A stretch of 59,714 bases of DNA, filler included, from Bipalium vagum (lineage: Eukaryota): assembly GCA_037834085.1 (NCBI GenBank). It is 3 parts of 3 records of this genome, joined end to end, with 100 filler letters (N's around TTAATTAATTAA, not from the genome) between each part and the next. Parts side by side here need not be neighbours in the genome. Positions count along the whole stretch, not along the records: positions 1 to 16,000 come from JBBMKC010133264.1; 2 more parts are not named here. One strand, 5' to 3'. Under the pieces are notes generated by a model. It was not told the origin of the DNA. It searched no databases and was given only the letters and a program-made list of their open reading frames with translations. Made by a program: the position numbers and the translations under genes. Below, one piece after another: positions 1 to 13,100 of this stretch; position 1 is the stretch's first letter, and the number at the start of each line of letters is the position of its first letter.

Positions 1-58
<58 letters not shown>

Positions 59-95
59 GTTATTATTATTAATAATATTATTATTATGATTATAA
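1..95. repeat. (TAT)n microsatellite at contig start
   Basis: Near-perfect TAT trinucleotide run from position 1, decaying after about 60. Confidence 0.95.
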
Positions 96-1057
96 TAAAA
101 TAAAAACTTAAAATATCAGTTATTTTCTTGAATTTGAATTACTTTGTGACTTAATTTTTTTTAACTTGTTAAATTTTGATAATATTTATTTTGAAAGAGA
201 ATAATAATAAATACATATGAATTTTTGACTAAGTTCAATGTTTTACTGTTATCCTTATGGGAAATATATAAAATAAATAAAAATATATTGGAGATATAAA
301 ATTGTTTATTTTCTGTTAGAATTTAAAATAAAAAAATAATTTCAATCAATAAAATTTTTTAATAACCAATAGATTTTTATTATACTTTTTTGTCTAGATC
401 TGCACAAGTCCTTAACAAAATTAATTTCGAGCAATAAATATTTGTTTCTAACTCAACAATCACTACGCAGTGAACTCTGTATCTGGATGGATACTATAGA
501 ATTTTATTACATCTCCAGTAAAATATGAGTCCGGTGACATATTTTCGTAGTAACATTTTGTCGGAAATTTATGTTGAAGAGGTTAAAGAGGTTTCTGCTT
601 ATGTGAGCATTCCATTTCTTTTAAGAAATCAGATTTCATCCAATAATGTATTCCACACGAAATTATTGTCATTTGTTACGATGTTTGGTATTATTAATGT
701 GAATTTCTGATAATTTAAAGCTGGAAGACATTATTTAGGTCATCTTTTATAATAAGGCTTCGAAGTATATGTAACCGTTGTACTGATATCTGTGGGATGA
801 TAGTGGCAACTAAACAAATCATATATTACAGATATTGGCAAAATTATCGAAATTATAACATTCAGATTGGAATCTCATCAGTTATGGAATCTACATGTTT
901 TCTTATATAAATTTCAAACGTATTTCAAATATCAGAATTAAAAATTAATAATAAAATAACTCTGAAAAATATGAAAAATAATAATTAATAAGTACATAAC
1001 ATTAAATAATAATACTACACAAATAATAAAAAATGATAAATAAAAAATTATTAAATA

Positions 1058-1919
1058 TCAGGTGGGCCAGAAGGTAATCAATTATATATTCATTATTGTT
1101 ATCAATTATCGATTTCCAGTCTTCTAATTTGTCGATTCCATTTTTAAAAAATTTACTATCTTTAGATTCGAAGAAAGCCGTTAATCCATAATATTTTTTA
1201 GTGATCTGTTCCTCAAATCATGTTTCAGGGAGCGGAATAGATAATAATGTGACGGAGTGATGTCAGGTGAATGTGGAAGATAAGATAGAACCTCACATCT
1301 CAGCTGTCTAATCTTCTCTTTGGTCATTCTTGTGGAATGAAGTCAGCGCATTATCCTGCTGTAAAATTACCACTTCCAGGTTTACCAATCCTAGTCGTTT
1401 GAACATCAATTTTTTTGTAACCGGTTCAATTGATCACCAAACACACAGAAGAACATTCTTTTGATGTAATCCATCTCTTGCTGTTGACATCAGGGTTTCA
1501 CCTGGAGAGAGCAACTGTTTTTTCCTTTTATTTGTCTTGTACAGCATCCATTTTTCATCACCAGTGATAATTCTATGTAGAAATTGGTCATTTTTCAGCC
1601 TAATCAACTGTGGAGACTCCTACCATCAATTCAATCAAATCAAACAGGTGCATCAAATCCTTCAAAATAACATTGATTTTAAAAACACTGTAAATTGATT
1701 CTTCGTTGATTTTTGATGTATGAAAAATATAATTTTGTGTAGTTTTATTTATTTTGTGTAAAATTTAGAACCTGTTATATGCTTCTTTCTTATCTTAAAA
1801 TAAGTATCAAATAAAATATGAAATATAAAAGCATATAACCTTGAAAAGCATAAAATTTTTAGGTAATTATATTTAAATATGCATATATTACATAATTGAT
1901 TACTTTCCGGTTCATCTGA
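1058..1919 (-). mobile_element. Internally deleted, non-autonomous mariner element
   Basis: Imperfect TIRs (TCAGGTGGGCCAGAAGGTAATCAATTA vs revcomp TCAGATGAACCGGAAAGTAATCAATTA) with TA on each side. Minus strand gives decayed transposase motifs (RIITGDEK, QQDNA). 862 bp, shorter than a full mariner. Confidence 0.8.
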
Positions 1920-2099
1920 TAGCATTAATAAAAAAAATAGTTAACAATAATTTGAAAGATCATTGAGTTTATATTACTATTTATATTAATTTAATATATA
2001 TTAATAATAATATAATAATTTATTATCTATTAACTATTCATTATAACTATATTATTATTATTATTATTATTAGTTTTATTATTATAACCCAACAATACT

Positions 2100-2540
2100 G
2101 GTCAGCCAGCCCACAAGTCATGGAACGAAAGAGGTGTTAATCTGTATAGCCAATATCGGGCGATTGCTACGGGTGTTGTAGAACTTCCCATTTGATTGTT
2201 TCCAAGAATATTTTAACCGTTTTCAAAACATGTGGACAAGCATTGTCATGTTGCAAAATGACTGTTTTTATAATATGATCATTTGTCCCTTACTTTTTGG
2301 CTTAAACGCGTCAATTGATCTCGCTACCGATCTCCTTCGTTCAGTTGCAATAGAATTTTCTTTGGATAATTATGCTATACGGAAAATGGTTAAAGAAGAT
2401 TCGAAGTTGACAGACAGAGAGCTGGTAAGCATTCTTCGAGTTATTTGGTCAGCTGTTAAAGCATATCTTTATTTGATTTTCAAAGACTGAAGAACTGGTG
2501 CTTAGCTGCCAAGTGAGTTGACATTGAGTCAGTAAAAATA
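2100..2540. mobile_element. Two mariner transposase fragments in opposite orientation
   Basis: Minus strand ~2110-2330 reads ILQHDN...WEVLQHP*QSPDIGYTD*HLFRSM. Plus strand ~2350-2530 reads the HTH/linker region (IRKMVKEDSKLTDRELV...LPSELT). Confidence 0.65.
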
Positions 2541-2684
2541 CGTTTGATGATCTTCAATATTTGAAAAAATGTTAGTATAAAATTTTATTTAATAATTGAA
2601 TGGTAGAAAATTAAAATAATTTTGACAAATCTTCCTTTAAAAATTAAAAAAGTCTTTTATTATGAGTATGTATTTTCTTATATA

Positions 2685-3959
2685 TTAGGTTGGTGCAAAA
2701 ATAATGTCATTTTTAAAGCTCTAAAAGTAAAAACGTCACAACTCAATGGAAAATAAACTTTATTAATCAAGATAATTTCCATGCGAGTCAATACATTTCT
2801 GCCAATGAGTGATGAGTTTATTTATGCATGTGGTATAAAAGTCTTTGTTCCTGGAGGCAACAAACTCATTAAAAGCCATTTCAGCATCGGCTCGGGTTTC
2901 GAAGCACTTATTGACCAAGAAATTATCCAGAGTCTTAAAGAAATGGAAATCTGTTAACGAGAGGTCTGAAGAATATGGGGGTTGAGTCAAAATCTCGTAA
3001 CCCAAATTGTTTATTTTCTGCAATGCTTTTTGTGCGACGTGTGGGCGTGCAACAGAATTGGACCTTTTCTATTGACTAGTTTTGGACAGATGACTTGAAG
3101 TTTCCTATGCATTTCGTCTATTTGCTGGCAGTATGTTTCTACTGTAATAGTTTAGCCCGGATTTAAGAAGCTGTGATGAATCAGACCAGACATGGACCAC
3201 CAAATTTTTTACCATAATTTTTTTAGGGTGCAAATTTGGCTTTGGTAAATGTTTCGGAGCTTCATTTCTATCCAACCATTGTGCCGAACGTCGCCTATTG
3301 TCCCAGAGAATCCATTTCTTATCACACGTTACGATTCGATTGAGAAATGAGTCGCGGTTGTTGAGCAAAAGCAGAGAAGATGCTACTTCGAAACGACGAT
3401 TTTTTTGTTTTTCGCTCATGTCATATGGCAACTACTTATCCATCTTTTCACCTTTCCAATCTCGTTTAAGTGACGAAGTACTGTTGCATAATCAACCGCA
3501 AGTTCCGCTCCAACTTCCAATGTGGATTTTGATGCATCAGCTTCGATTATCTTTTTTAATTTATCAATGTCAACTTTACGTGAACCACTGCGACCATCCT
3601 CATCTTCAAGGTTATCATCTCCCTGACGAAATCTTTTAAACCAAAGTTTTAAACCTACGATGATTGACAGTTGCAGAATAAAATTCGTTATTTATTTTGC
3701 GAGCCGTTTCTGTAGCATTTGTGCCTAATTTGTATTCATACAAAAAATGGTTCGATATTGATATTTTTCCATATTCGGTTAAATCGCCTAAAAAGGATTG
3801 TTAAGAAATATTTTAAGTAATTTATAATAAAATTTACTTTGTAAAAATTTTACTTTAAAAAAATTATCAAAATATATTGAATATTTAAACAAACCATTTA
3901 TTAGAATGAATAAAATTAATGACTTGCCAAAAAACGACATTATTTTTGCACCAACCTAA
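2685..3959 (-). mobile_element. Full-length cecropia-subfamily (Hsmar1-like) mariner with pseudogenised transposase
   Basis: TIRs TTAGGTTGGTGCAAAAATAATGTC... / ...GACATTATTTTTGCACCAACCTAA, TA duplications, 1275 bp. ORFs 3105-3431 and 2763-3023 give QKNRRFEVASSL, RIVTCDKKWILWDNRRRSAQWLD, PPYSSDLSLTDFHFF, with frameshifts and stops. Confidence 0.92.
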
Positions 3960-4137
3960 TATTTTTTGTTTAAAATAAGATCTGAAAATCTTTAGATTTA
4001 TAATTTTTTTAAAGTTATTATACGCGAACCTGCTTTTAATTAAATTGATTGATCTACATGTATTAAAATTAAGAACTTAGACCGTTTTATAACAACCTAT
4101 GGATATATGTTTTACAACAAGAATATATTTAACTAAC

Positions 4138-7100
4138 TGATGACAAGCATGCCATTCCCAAGTTTCTCGATCCTTATAAGGTCGGAAATCTGCAGTTCCA
4201 AGATTTGAAATTATGGAAGAAAATTTTAACAAGCGTCTTTGAACAAGATGGTAAGTATATGGATCTCTCTGTTTCATTCTGTAAACTGCAGGAGGGAAGC
4301 ATCCTTCTTCAACCGCGCAAGCGACCTGTCTAATGGTAACTATATCCATATATAATGAATTCTGAATTTCAGGAACATCTGGAGCTAAATCTGGAAGAGC
4401 TAAGAAAAGAAAGACAAATAAGTAAGTCAGATAAAAAGAAATTCAGAAATATTTTCTTTTATATAAATTAAATGTAAATCTCCTTATAAACACCATATTG
4501 ATAAAATAATGGAAAGACTTAATAATAATGAAAATCTTAAGTCTTATTTTACAACCTAAAATTAAGTACAATATAATTAGATAACAATAAAATTGAATCT
4601 ACTTTATCAGTGTACATCATATATATAGTATACTCTTCCACAAAAAGTACTACATTTTAAAAAAATGAAAAACAAAAAATTACTAATAAGTAAATATTTT
4701 AATTGTTTTGTTATAAAATATCTGTTATTTAATATTCACTTGTTTTAATAATATAAATTTAATCGCGCATATCAACAGTAACCAATTTTCCAAAATTATT
4801 TTATCAGCCTTCACATGTCTTTTCACAACAACTATCGATGTTTGATAAAGGTCGATTAAGAAGCTAGGTCGAAGCCGGACTGACAGTCCTTGATGCTTCA
4901 AAAAAATAAAATTATCAACTATAAGAATTTAAAAATGGTGGTCACAATTAAAAGAAGCATATTTTGATCGAAAAAGTGAATCTGGCAGACCAAGAAAAGT
5001 AAGAGCTCAGGATGCTCATTTAGTACTAAAATGAAAAGAAAAGATCCATCTTTTATTGGCAGAGAATGGATCACAGATAATAATTTGGAATGTTCTATAG
5101 AGACAGCTAGACACAGGGCTGTAAGTGCAAGATATGAATCACATCCTGCAAGTGTGAGAATACCAATGAATTATATACACAGAAATAGACATCTGAACTG
5201 GACAAGAAAACATCTAAATTGGGATAGCAATAAATGGAAGTCTTTATTATGGACAGATGAATCCCGATTCTCACTGGTCTTCAATGATGGTCGAATAAGA
5301 GTCAGACGCCAGAAAGTCGAGAGATATGGTGTGGCACATGGTAGAATGACAGAACAGCTGCAGTTATCATTGATGGCACATAGAGTGCTGTACGTTATTT
5401 GAAAGAAATTATCAACCAGAAAATGCCTCAAAATACTGAACAGCATCATCTTATGCTGCAACATGATTATGCAAAGCCAAGCACTGCCAGAATAGTGGAT
5501 GATGCTTTGAGTGCTCGAAATGTATCAGTTCTTCCATGGCCTACACGTTCACTTGATGTCTTCCATCGAACATGCTTTGGACCAATTCGGTCGACGTATA
5601 ACAACAATATATGAGCAACCAGAAACTACAACTGAAGAGCTCGTCATAAGACTTTTAGAGCAATGGGAATTCATACCACAAGAAGATTTTCAAATTTAAT
5701 TTTAAGCATGGAAAAAAAGAATCAGAAAATATATTGAGAACATATGAGGACACGCTACGTTAATTAACAGTTCCAGGGCCAAATGCATTATTTATTTTCC
5801 GAACAGTTTCGATGGATTTTTTCCTGCCTAATTTGTATTCATTCAAAATAATTTTTCTCATTTGATATTTTTCCATTTCTAGAATAAAAATTTATGTTAA
5901 TTTATGACAAGAAATACATCATGAAATATTAGCTTTCTAATAGTATTAATATATGTGAAATATTAAAACAGGTTATGCATTAAAATCAATTAATTAATCG
6001 AATTACTAAAAAAGAATATTTTTGCAACACTCTAATAGTTGTTAACCCTATCATTAAATTTGTTTGTATGGTATAATTTTAGAAGAAATTAGTTTTTTTA
6101 ATTTGTAGTACTTTTTTGTGGAAGAGTATATATGAATGCAAGTAGTTAAAATGCCATTCATAATATTGTGAGATAAATTTAAAATTAGTCGGGAATGTCA
6201 GAGCAGTCCATGTGCATGTGAAAGGTCCTGGGTTCGAATTATTATTATCCAGTGTTTCCATTATTTTGTTCACGGCGTGTATATAATTAATATTTCTGAA
6301 TTCTACTTTTCTCTAATATTACACTGGAAAACCGTGATCCGAGTATGAAAATCGACTTAATTTAATAGTTACAATTATTTACTGAAGCGTTCATTTTTGA
6401 AAAATATCTTATGAAAACTTAATGAAACCATCATCAAGGCTGCAATTGTTAATCATTTTTTATGAATTGCTTGTCATATTAATTGTGTTTATGATTGTTT
6501 TGAACTAGGACTTGCGCTTTACCAGACAAGAGTGCTGAGCTCACCTTATACTTATTAATGTATCATTTGTAGAATAATTCATTGTCAATGAGTCAAGGAT
6601 TAAAATTTAATAATAGAATAATTGCAGAATGTCACAATTGTGAGTATGGACCAACTGTTAAAGTGACAGTTTGGATAGAAGATTCAGCGAAACCAGAGTT
6701 ATTATGGTGGTGACTGTTTATTGAAGTATTCTTTGTTTTGGAAATTAATATATTTCTGTTACCTTTGGTTAGTTGTAAGTAATAATCAAAAATGGAAAAC
6801 CTATTGTGATAGGTGATTTGTTGATTATGGCTAAATCATCACGAGTGGGGTTTGTCGGAATTTCTCTCAACATCTTTTACAATATAAAGATTATAATGGC
6901 TTCAGGAAATCTAAAATCACTATTTCCTTTCTGTAAAATAATATTATACCGAAAGTCTTCTTAATGTACTTTTTGGATTTTGAAATTAAAACAATAATTA
7001 AAATTTATTAGAATTAATATTCTGGAAAAATTTTGAAATCTTAGATGTACTGAAATTATTTGGTTTGGATAAAAAGTCCTTAGACTCGTGCAGAAATAGA

Positions 7101-10100
7101 ATTAAGCAGTCCAAGAAATTTTCTACATTAGACAAATAATATATATAAAAAAATATTATTGAAACTGTTTTAAATAATACACGTTAAAGGATATTGTTTA
7201 CGAGGCTTTATTTAAAGATGTGCCAACAAATTCAATTTCGCAGTGTTATTCGTCTTAGGCTTTTGAAAAGGACAGAAAAGACATTATTTGACAGCTATGT
7301 AAATCATATGGAAATAAAGGCAGGAACAATGTGAATTTTGAAAAAAAAAGTGGACGACCATGAGAAATTGGTAAGGAGAAATTAAAAAAAAATTATTGTG
7401 TAAGAATAGAGGAGAATTATCCACAGAGAGTTGTCTGCTAGAGTTAATTTAATAGAGGAGACTGAACGGAACATACTGGAGAGCATTACAATAATAAAAA
7501 TATGTAGTTGAGCCGACAGATATTTTGTGAGAGCAGATATACGGAAAAGCGTCTCAGAAAAATCTAACCCCTTTTTTATGTTTTTGGAAAGATTATTTGA
7601 AGAGTATTATAATTATGTTCCACACAACAAGCCTGACTCTTGTAGATGGGTTTTCCAGAAGAAAGTCATAAAACCTCTCTGGTGCCTTTGAAATTCAGTT
7701 CGTTTAACTAGTCTGAAATTCTATCTGATATGATTATTTTTTTGTACCATTTTGACTCAAATTTTTAAAAAAATTATCGCATTAATTTTCCCGCATTTTT
7801 TAATCATATTTTTCCTTAAATTCGTTTCCAGACTTTTTTTTCAATTTAGCAATTTCCGTTTTCAATTTTTAAAATTTATTTATGATAAATATTTATATAA
7901 ATACATCTAACATTTTATTAAATATTTTTTACAAATAAGAATCTGTATTATAAATATTAATATTATAATGTTTGTATTATTGATCATCCTCCTTATTGTC
8001 CAGACCTTGCACGTAACGACTTTTATTTTTCCAGGAATTCGTATAACTTTTTACAAGGAAAAAATTCCAATCCCCGAAGCTTTCCAATGTGTCTTTATGC
8101 ATTCGTCGAATCTCTGGAAAATTAGTTTTTGATAAAGGCATCTCCGAGCTGCCAACAAGTTGGTAGAGATATATACTTGCCGAAGATGCTTACTTTGATT
8201 AAATAAATTTTTAATGAAATAAATAAATTTCATTCTTTATGACTTAATATAATTATTTGAAATAATACTCCGACAAATGTATGCATTTAATTTTTGTATC
8301 ACTATTCTCTCAGGGTTCCTCTTATATTTTGTAAAAAGAAAATAATTTCTTTAATACGTCTTCAGATTTTCCGTATTTAATTAATTAATTTCCTGATGAT
8401 ACACAAGCTCTATAGCAATGATATTTAAAATAACGCTTATTTTAATTGTGAAAAATGTAAAATGAAGAAAGAAAACATCAACTGCTCAGTGGCCAAATAA
8501 ATGAATTTATTTTTCGTGCAGTCTTGAGGAATATTGTTATATAATCACGCGAGCTGACCATAAGTAAAGGTTATTTGATAATTTGATAATTTCCCCTAAC
8601 ATTGAAAAGTATTATTTGAATATTATTTTAAAAAAAGGTATTCTACCATAAATATATCAAAGCTATTTTTTAGAACCCCCTAACAATAAATTCGATCAAT
8701 ATTACGAGTGTCATAACCTAATTATAATTATTCCAATTACAGTATTTATTTAATGATTTAATATTCATGTAATGCACCAATTAAAGATTTAATCTCCATT
8801 TATATTTTATCTTCAGATGATGCAATCATTCATCAGGCCCCACAGTACTGAAACTCGATTTTAATATCAACTTTTATAAATATTTATCGAATTTTTACCG
8901 AAAATAATTTTATTTCAATAAATGATGATTTAAACAAATAAATTAATTCAGATTTTGTTCAAAAACTTTTTCATTCAGTCATTATTTTTCTCTGTCACTG
9001 AAAATTGACAGTAACGATAAATTAATAAAAATAATAAAACTTGTTGAAAAATCGTAATTCTGATCTTCTTTACATCGAGAGATTTTCTCAATAATCTCCC
9101 CAGATTCGAGATCAACATTTTACAAATCTGAATGTATCAGTCCTTAGTCCATTGATTTAATCCGATCATATTTTGTAATTGTAAAAATCAGTTTAAATGT
9201 TAATTTTGGATTCATAAATAGATTTAAAGTCAATGACACGAGATATGTCGTCACACAAGAGCCGAATTTTTAACATAATTTATTAACAATGATGTCTTGC
9301 CTTAGCAAAGGGTATCACTGTTGACCTAGAAACGAGTTCATGACTTATCTTTCACAGGTCATGATTAGCCGTTAGTCGTTGGGTGTTTTGTGTACATTAA
9401 TTATCGTACTCGGAACTAAACCAATATCTCAATGATTGGTTTTAACATTTTCTGATAGTGATCATTATTCCATATTCGGTGAGTGATAAAAATGGTTTTT
9501 GCTCATAAAAACTCAAAAAAATAAAATCTATATAAAATGAAGTATAAAACAAACTATTTTTTTTATTCACGAATTATCGCGTAATTGTATAAATGGACGA
9601 AATTGAATTATTTGTGAAATTAAATATTTTCCGAGAAAATCTAATTTATCATTTCTCCGATTCTGAATAAAGAAAATTCTTTGGAGTTCACAATTTTTTT
9701 CAGATTTTTTTCTTAATCCTTCCTGCTGCGTTTTTACTGAAATGTCTTTTACATTTAACTGTTACATTTAGATTTTTACACGATTTCAGGTCCATTCTCT
9801 TTTAATGTCAACCCATAGTTATATATAATACATTAATTATTTAAAATATTCTTCTAATATAATATTAATATTCGTTTAATAATAATATTATAATATAAAT
9901 ATTAAATATTTAAAATTATACTGAGAGCTTCAAAAGTCACTAAGACTTCAAAAAATATTTAAAATTTTGAAAAAACAAGTTTTATTTTCAGAAAAGGCTT
10001 TATTCAAAATAAATAATACAAGTACTTAGATCTCTACATGGCGACCACCAGTTTCTCTGCATAACTCAAAACGACATTTGGCTTCATGAAAAACATTTTC

Positions 10101-13100
10101 TATTATTTGTGGTGATATCTGCTAAATTGCATTCGTAATTAGATTTTTAAGAAAAAATCTTTTTAATTCTCCTACCAGTGTACAGTTTTGACTCAGTGAA
10201 TTCCAAAATATAAAAAATCTAAGAGTGTTAAATCTCGAGAGCGTGCCCATAATTGTGGTCCACCACAACCAATCTAGCGATTAAAAATGTTTTGTTTAAG
10301 TTCGATCTCGGACTATCTTTGGATAATGAAAAGGTGCTCCATCCTGCTGAAACACAACGGAGTCAAGAAAGCCAAGTAATAGTGGTTTCACGAAATTTCG
10401 AAGCATCTCCAGATATACAGCTCCTGTAACCGTATCACCTGGAAAGAAATAAGGTCCATACACTTTCCGTTTTGTCATCCTCAGCCAAACATTCAGTTAC
10501 GATAACTCTGATATTCAAAAAATTCAGTTGGCTTTCGATTTTCCAAATGCGAAAATTATGAGGGTAACTTTTCCACAAGTGTGAAAGGTCTCCTCATCAT
10601 TAAAGAGTATGTTGTTCAGGAAATTTGAATATTTAATTTGATCAATCTGCTCTGTTAAAATAATCCTCCTCTTGTAAATGATGAAAAAACTTGAATATCT
10701 TTTCTTTCAAAACTGTTCGCAGGATTCTATAGACTGACACATATGGAATTTATAATAATTTCCTAATCTCTCGAACAGATAATTGAGGTCTTGCTCAATG
10801 GTATCGCTAATCATTTGACATCTTTCCCTGGGCGTTCACCTCTGATATCATCATGAACAGATCCAGTACTCTGAAATCTCATTACCAAGTCTTCCAGCTT
10901 TATGTATCAGCTCTTTTTTACGATTTTTTAAATTCCTTTTCTTATTTTTTGGCATTTTACTCTTTTTTTTCTTAATGTAACTATCAATACTCATTATTCC
11001 GTACTCATTTTCATCATCTATAACTAAAACCATCAATAAAAATATTGAACTTTTTGATTAATTATTTATGGTTTTGAACATTTTTTGCACTAAAGTATAA
11101 ATATTGGGTAGTCTAAAAAGTTTCCGCCGATTTTGGTAAAATGAAAAGTTAGAAAAATAAATTCGAATTGAAAATTTCATTAAATTACATAATTACCATT
11201 TTGATCGACAATGTGTTGCCATTTTTTGGTAAAGCCAAAATTCTGTCAATGTAAAAATTTTTTGATTTATTGGCAAAAAATTGAGATAAGTGTTTTTCGA
11301 AAACCTCTTTTGAATTTAATTTTGCACCATTAAGGGAGTTCTGCAATGAGCGAAAAAGATGATAGTCTGAAGGTACTATATTAGGATTATATGGAGGATG
11401 CAACAAAATTTCCCAATCAAGATCCCTAAATTTTTGCTGCGTCATGAACGAAACATGTGGCCTGGCGTTGTCATGGTGAACACACAACGCCTTTCCTATT
11501 GATTAATTCGGGACGCTTTCTTGCAATTTCCTGATGTACTCTTGTCAACTGTTCACAATAGATAACTGAGTTATTTTGTCCTGATTGGAGTAATTCATAA
11601 TGGACTATTCCCTTGTAATCCCACCAGACACAGAGCATTAACTTCCTTGTAATCATTTTTGGTTTAGCCACAGTTTTTGAGGTCATACCACATTTTGTCC
11701 AAGACAGTTTTCGTATGTTATTATCGTACTTGATCCATTTTTCGCATTGTACAAAGATACATTATCGGGATGCAAAAACCTTAAATTATTTCTCAACAAA
11801 TCACGACGTTTTTGATTAATAGAATCTCGCAAATGTCATTATGTTTAAATAGTATTCTTTGTTCAAAGTTTGGAAGATAAATTTGGAAGAAAACAGTCGA
11901 CATGACCTTAATTATCAATTGACTTTGACGTGGTTTTTTTTGTTTAACTTCACTTTTAAAGCGATGTTAACTTGATTGTTGGGGTCTTTCGACATCGGAT
12001 GTATAAATCCATATCTCATTACACGTCATGACATTTTCCAGAATAAAATCTCTCACTGAAAGCATTTTTTCAGCCACTTCAACATGACATTGTTTTTCAA
12101 GGAAATTCAGTGTTTTTTGAAGACTAGATTGAACACGACTCAAGCTCAAATAGCTTTTTAAAATTAATTGAATTGAACCGAATGATAATCCAATGATGTC
12201 TACAATATAGTTAGGATGAAAGTTCTGTCATACTCACCTGACCTTGGTTTTCAGGTTTTCATTTATTTCTCTCTTCAAAATTCGATGCGCGATAAACTGT
12301 TCAATCCATATAAGTCTTTTAAATTGTGCAATTTCTCAACAATAAAGATGTTGAGGTTCGATCCCTCTACTTTCATTTTTTATACATCTCCTACTCAAGC
12401 CATAGAAAAATAATGAGCTAGCTAGTTTAATATTATTTATTCTAATTATTAAAAATTAATTTTAATTAATTAATTAAATTTTATAAATATCATTTAAACT
12501 TTATAAATAAAATTAAAAATAAGAGTTTATGAACAACTACTGATTTTTAATCAGTAGCATTTTAATTTTAACTAAATTAAAATTTTTTTGAAAAATTTAA
12601 TTTATTTTTAGAAATATTTATATAAAGTAAGTACGCCATGATTGACGACTTAACTGTACAACCAGCACGTTAAATAACAATGAAAATTGATAATTAAACC
12701 ACCATAAAATCATTATTTTTCTCAAAAATTGCCAAGGCAAATGCAAGTATGTTTTTATTTAATAATTCTATTTGGAGTGACCAGGTGTATCCTGGCATAG
12801 AATTTTGAATGTTTAGAGAGTGTTTGGTGAGAGTAGTTGAGTATTGTATTGTTTTGACTCAGCCTATGGCAATCTCAGTTAGGTTAGAGGCACCAAGGGG
12901 TTATGCAAACAGAGATAACTCTTGTTATGAACGAGGAATTTTAAAACTCAGTAAAAGATGGACAAAAGTCATTAAACAAAATGGGATACATATAACTGGC
13001 AGAATTTGTACATATATAGATAAACTTTAAAAAATTAAAGTGTACCACGGTTTTCCAGCAACCTAATAGATATACCAAAATAAAAACTTCAGTGTTATAA

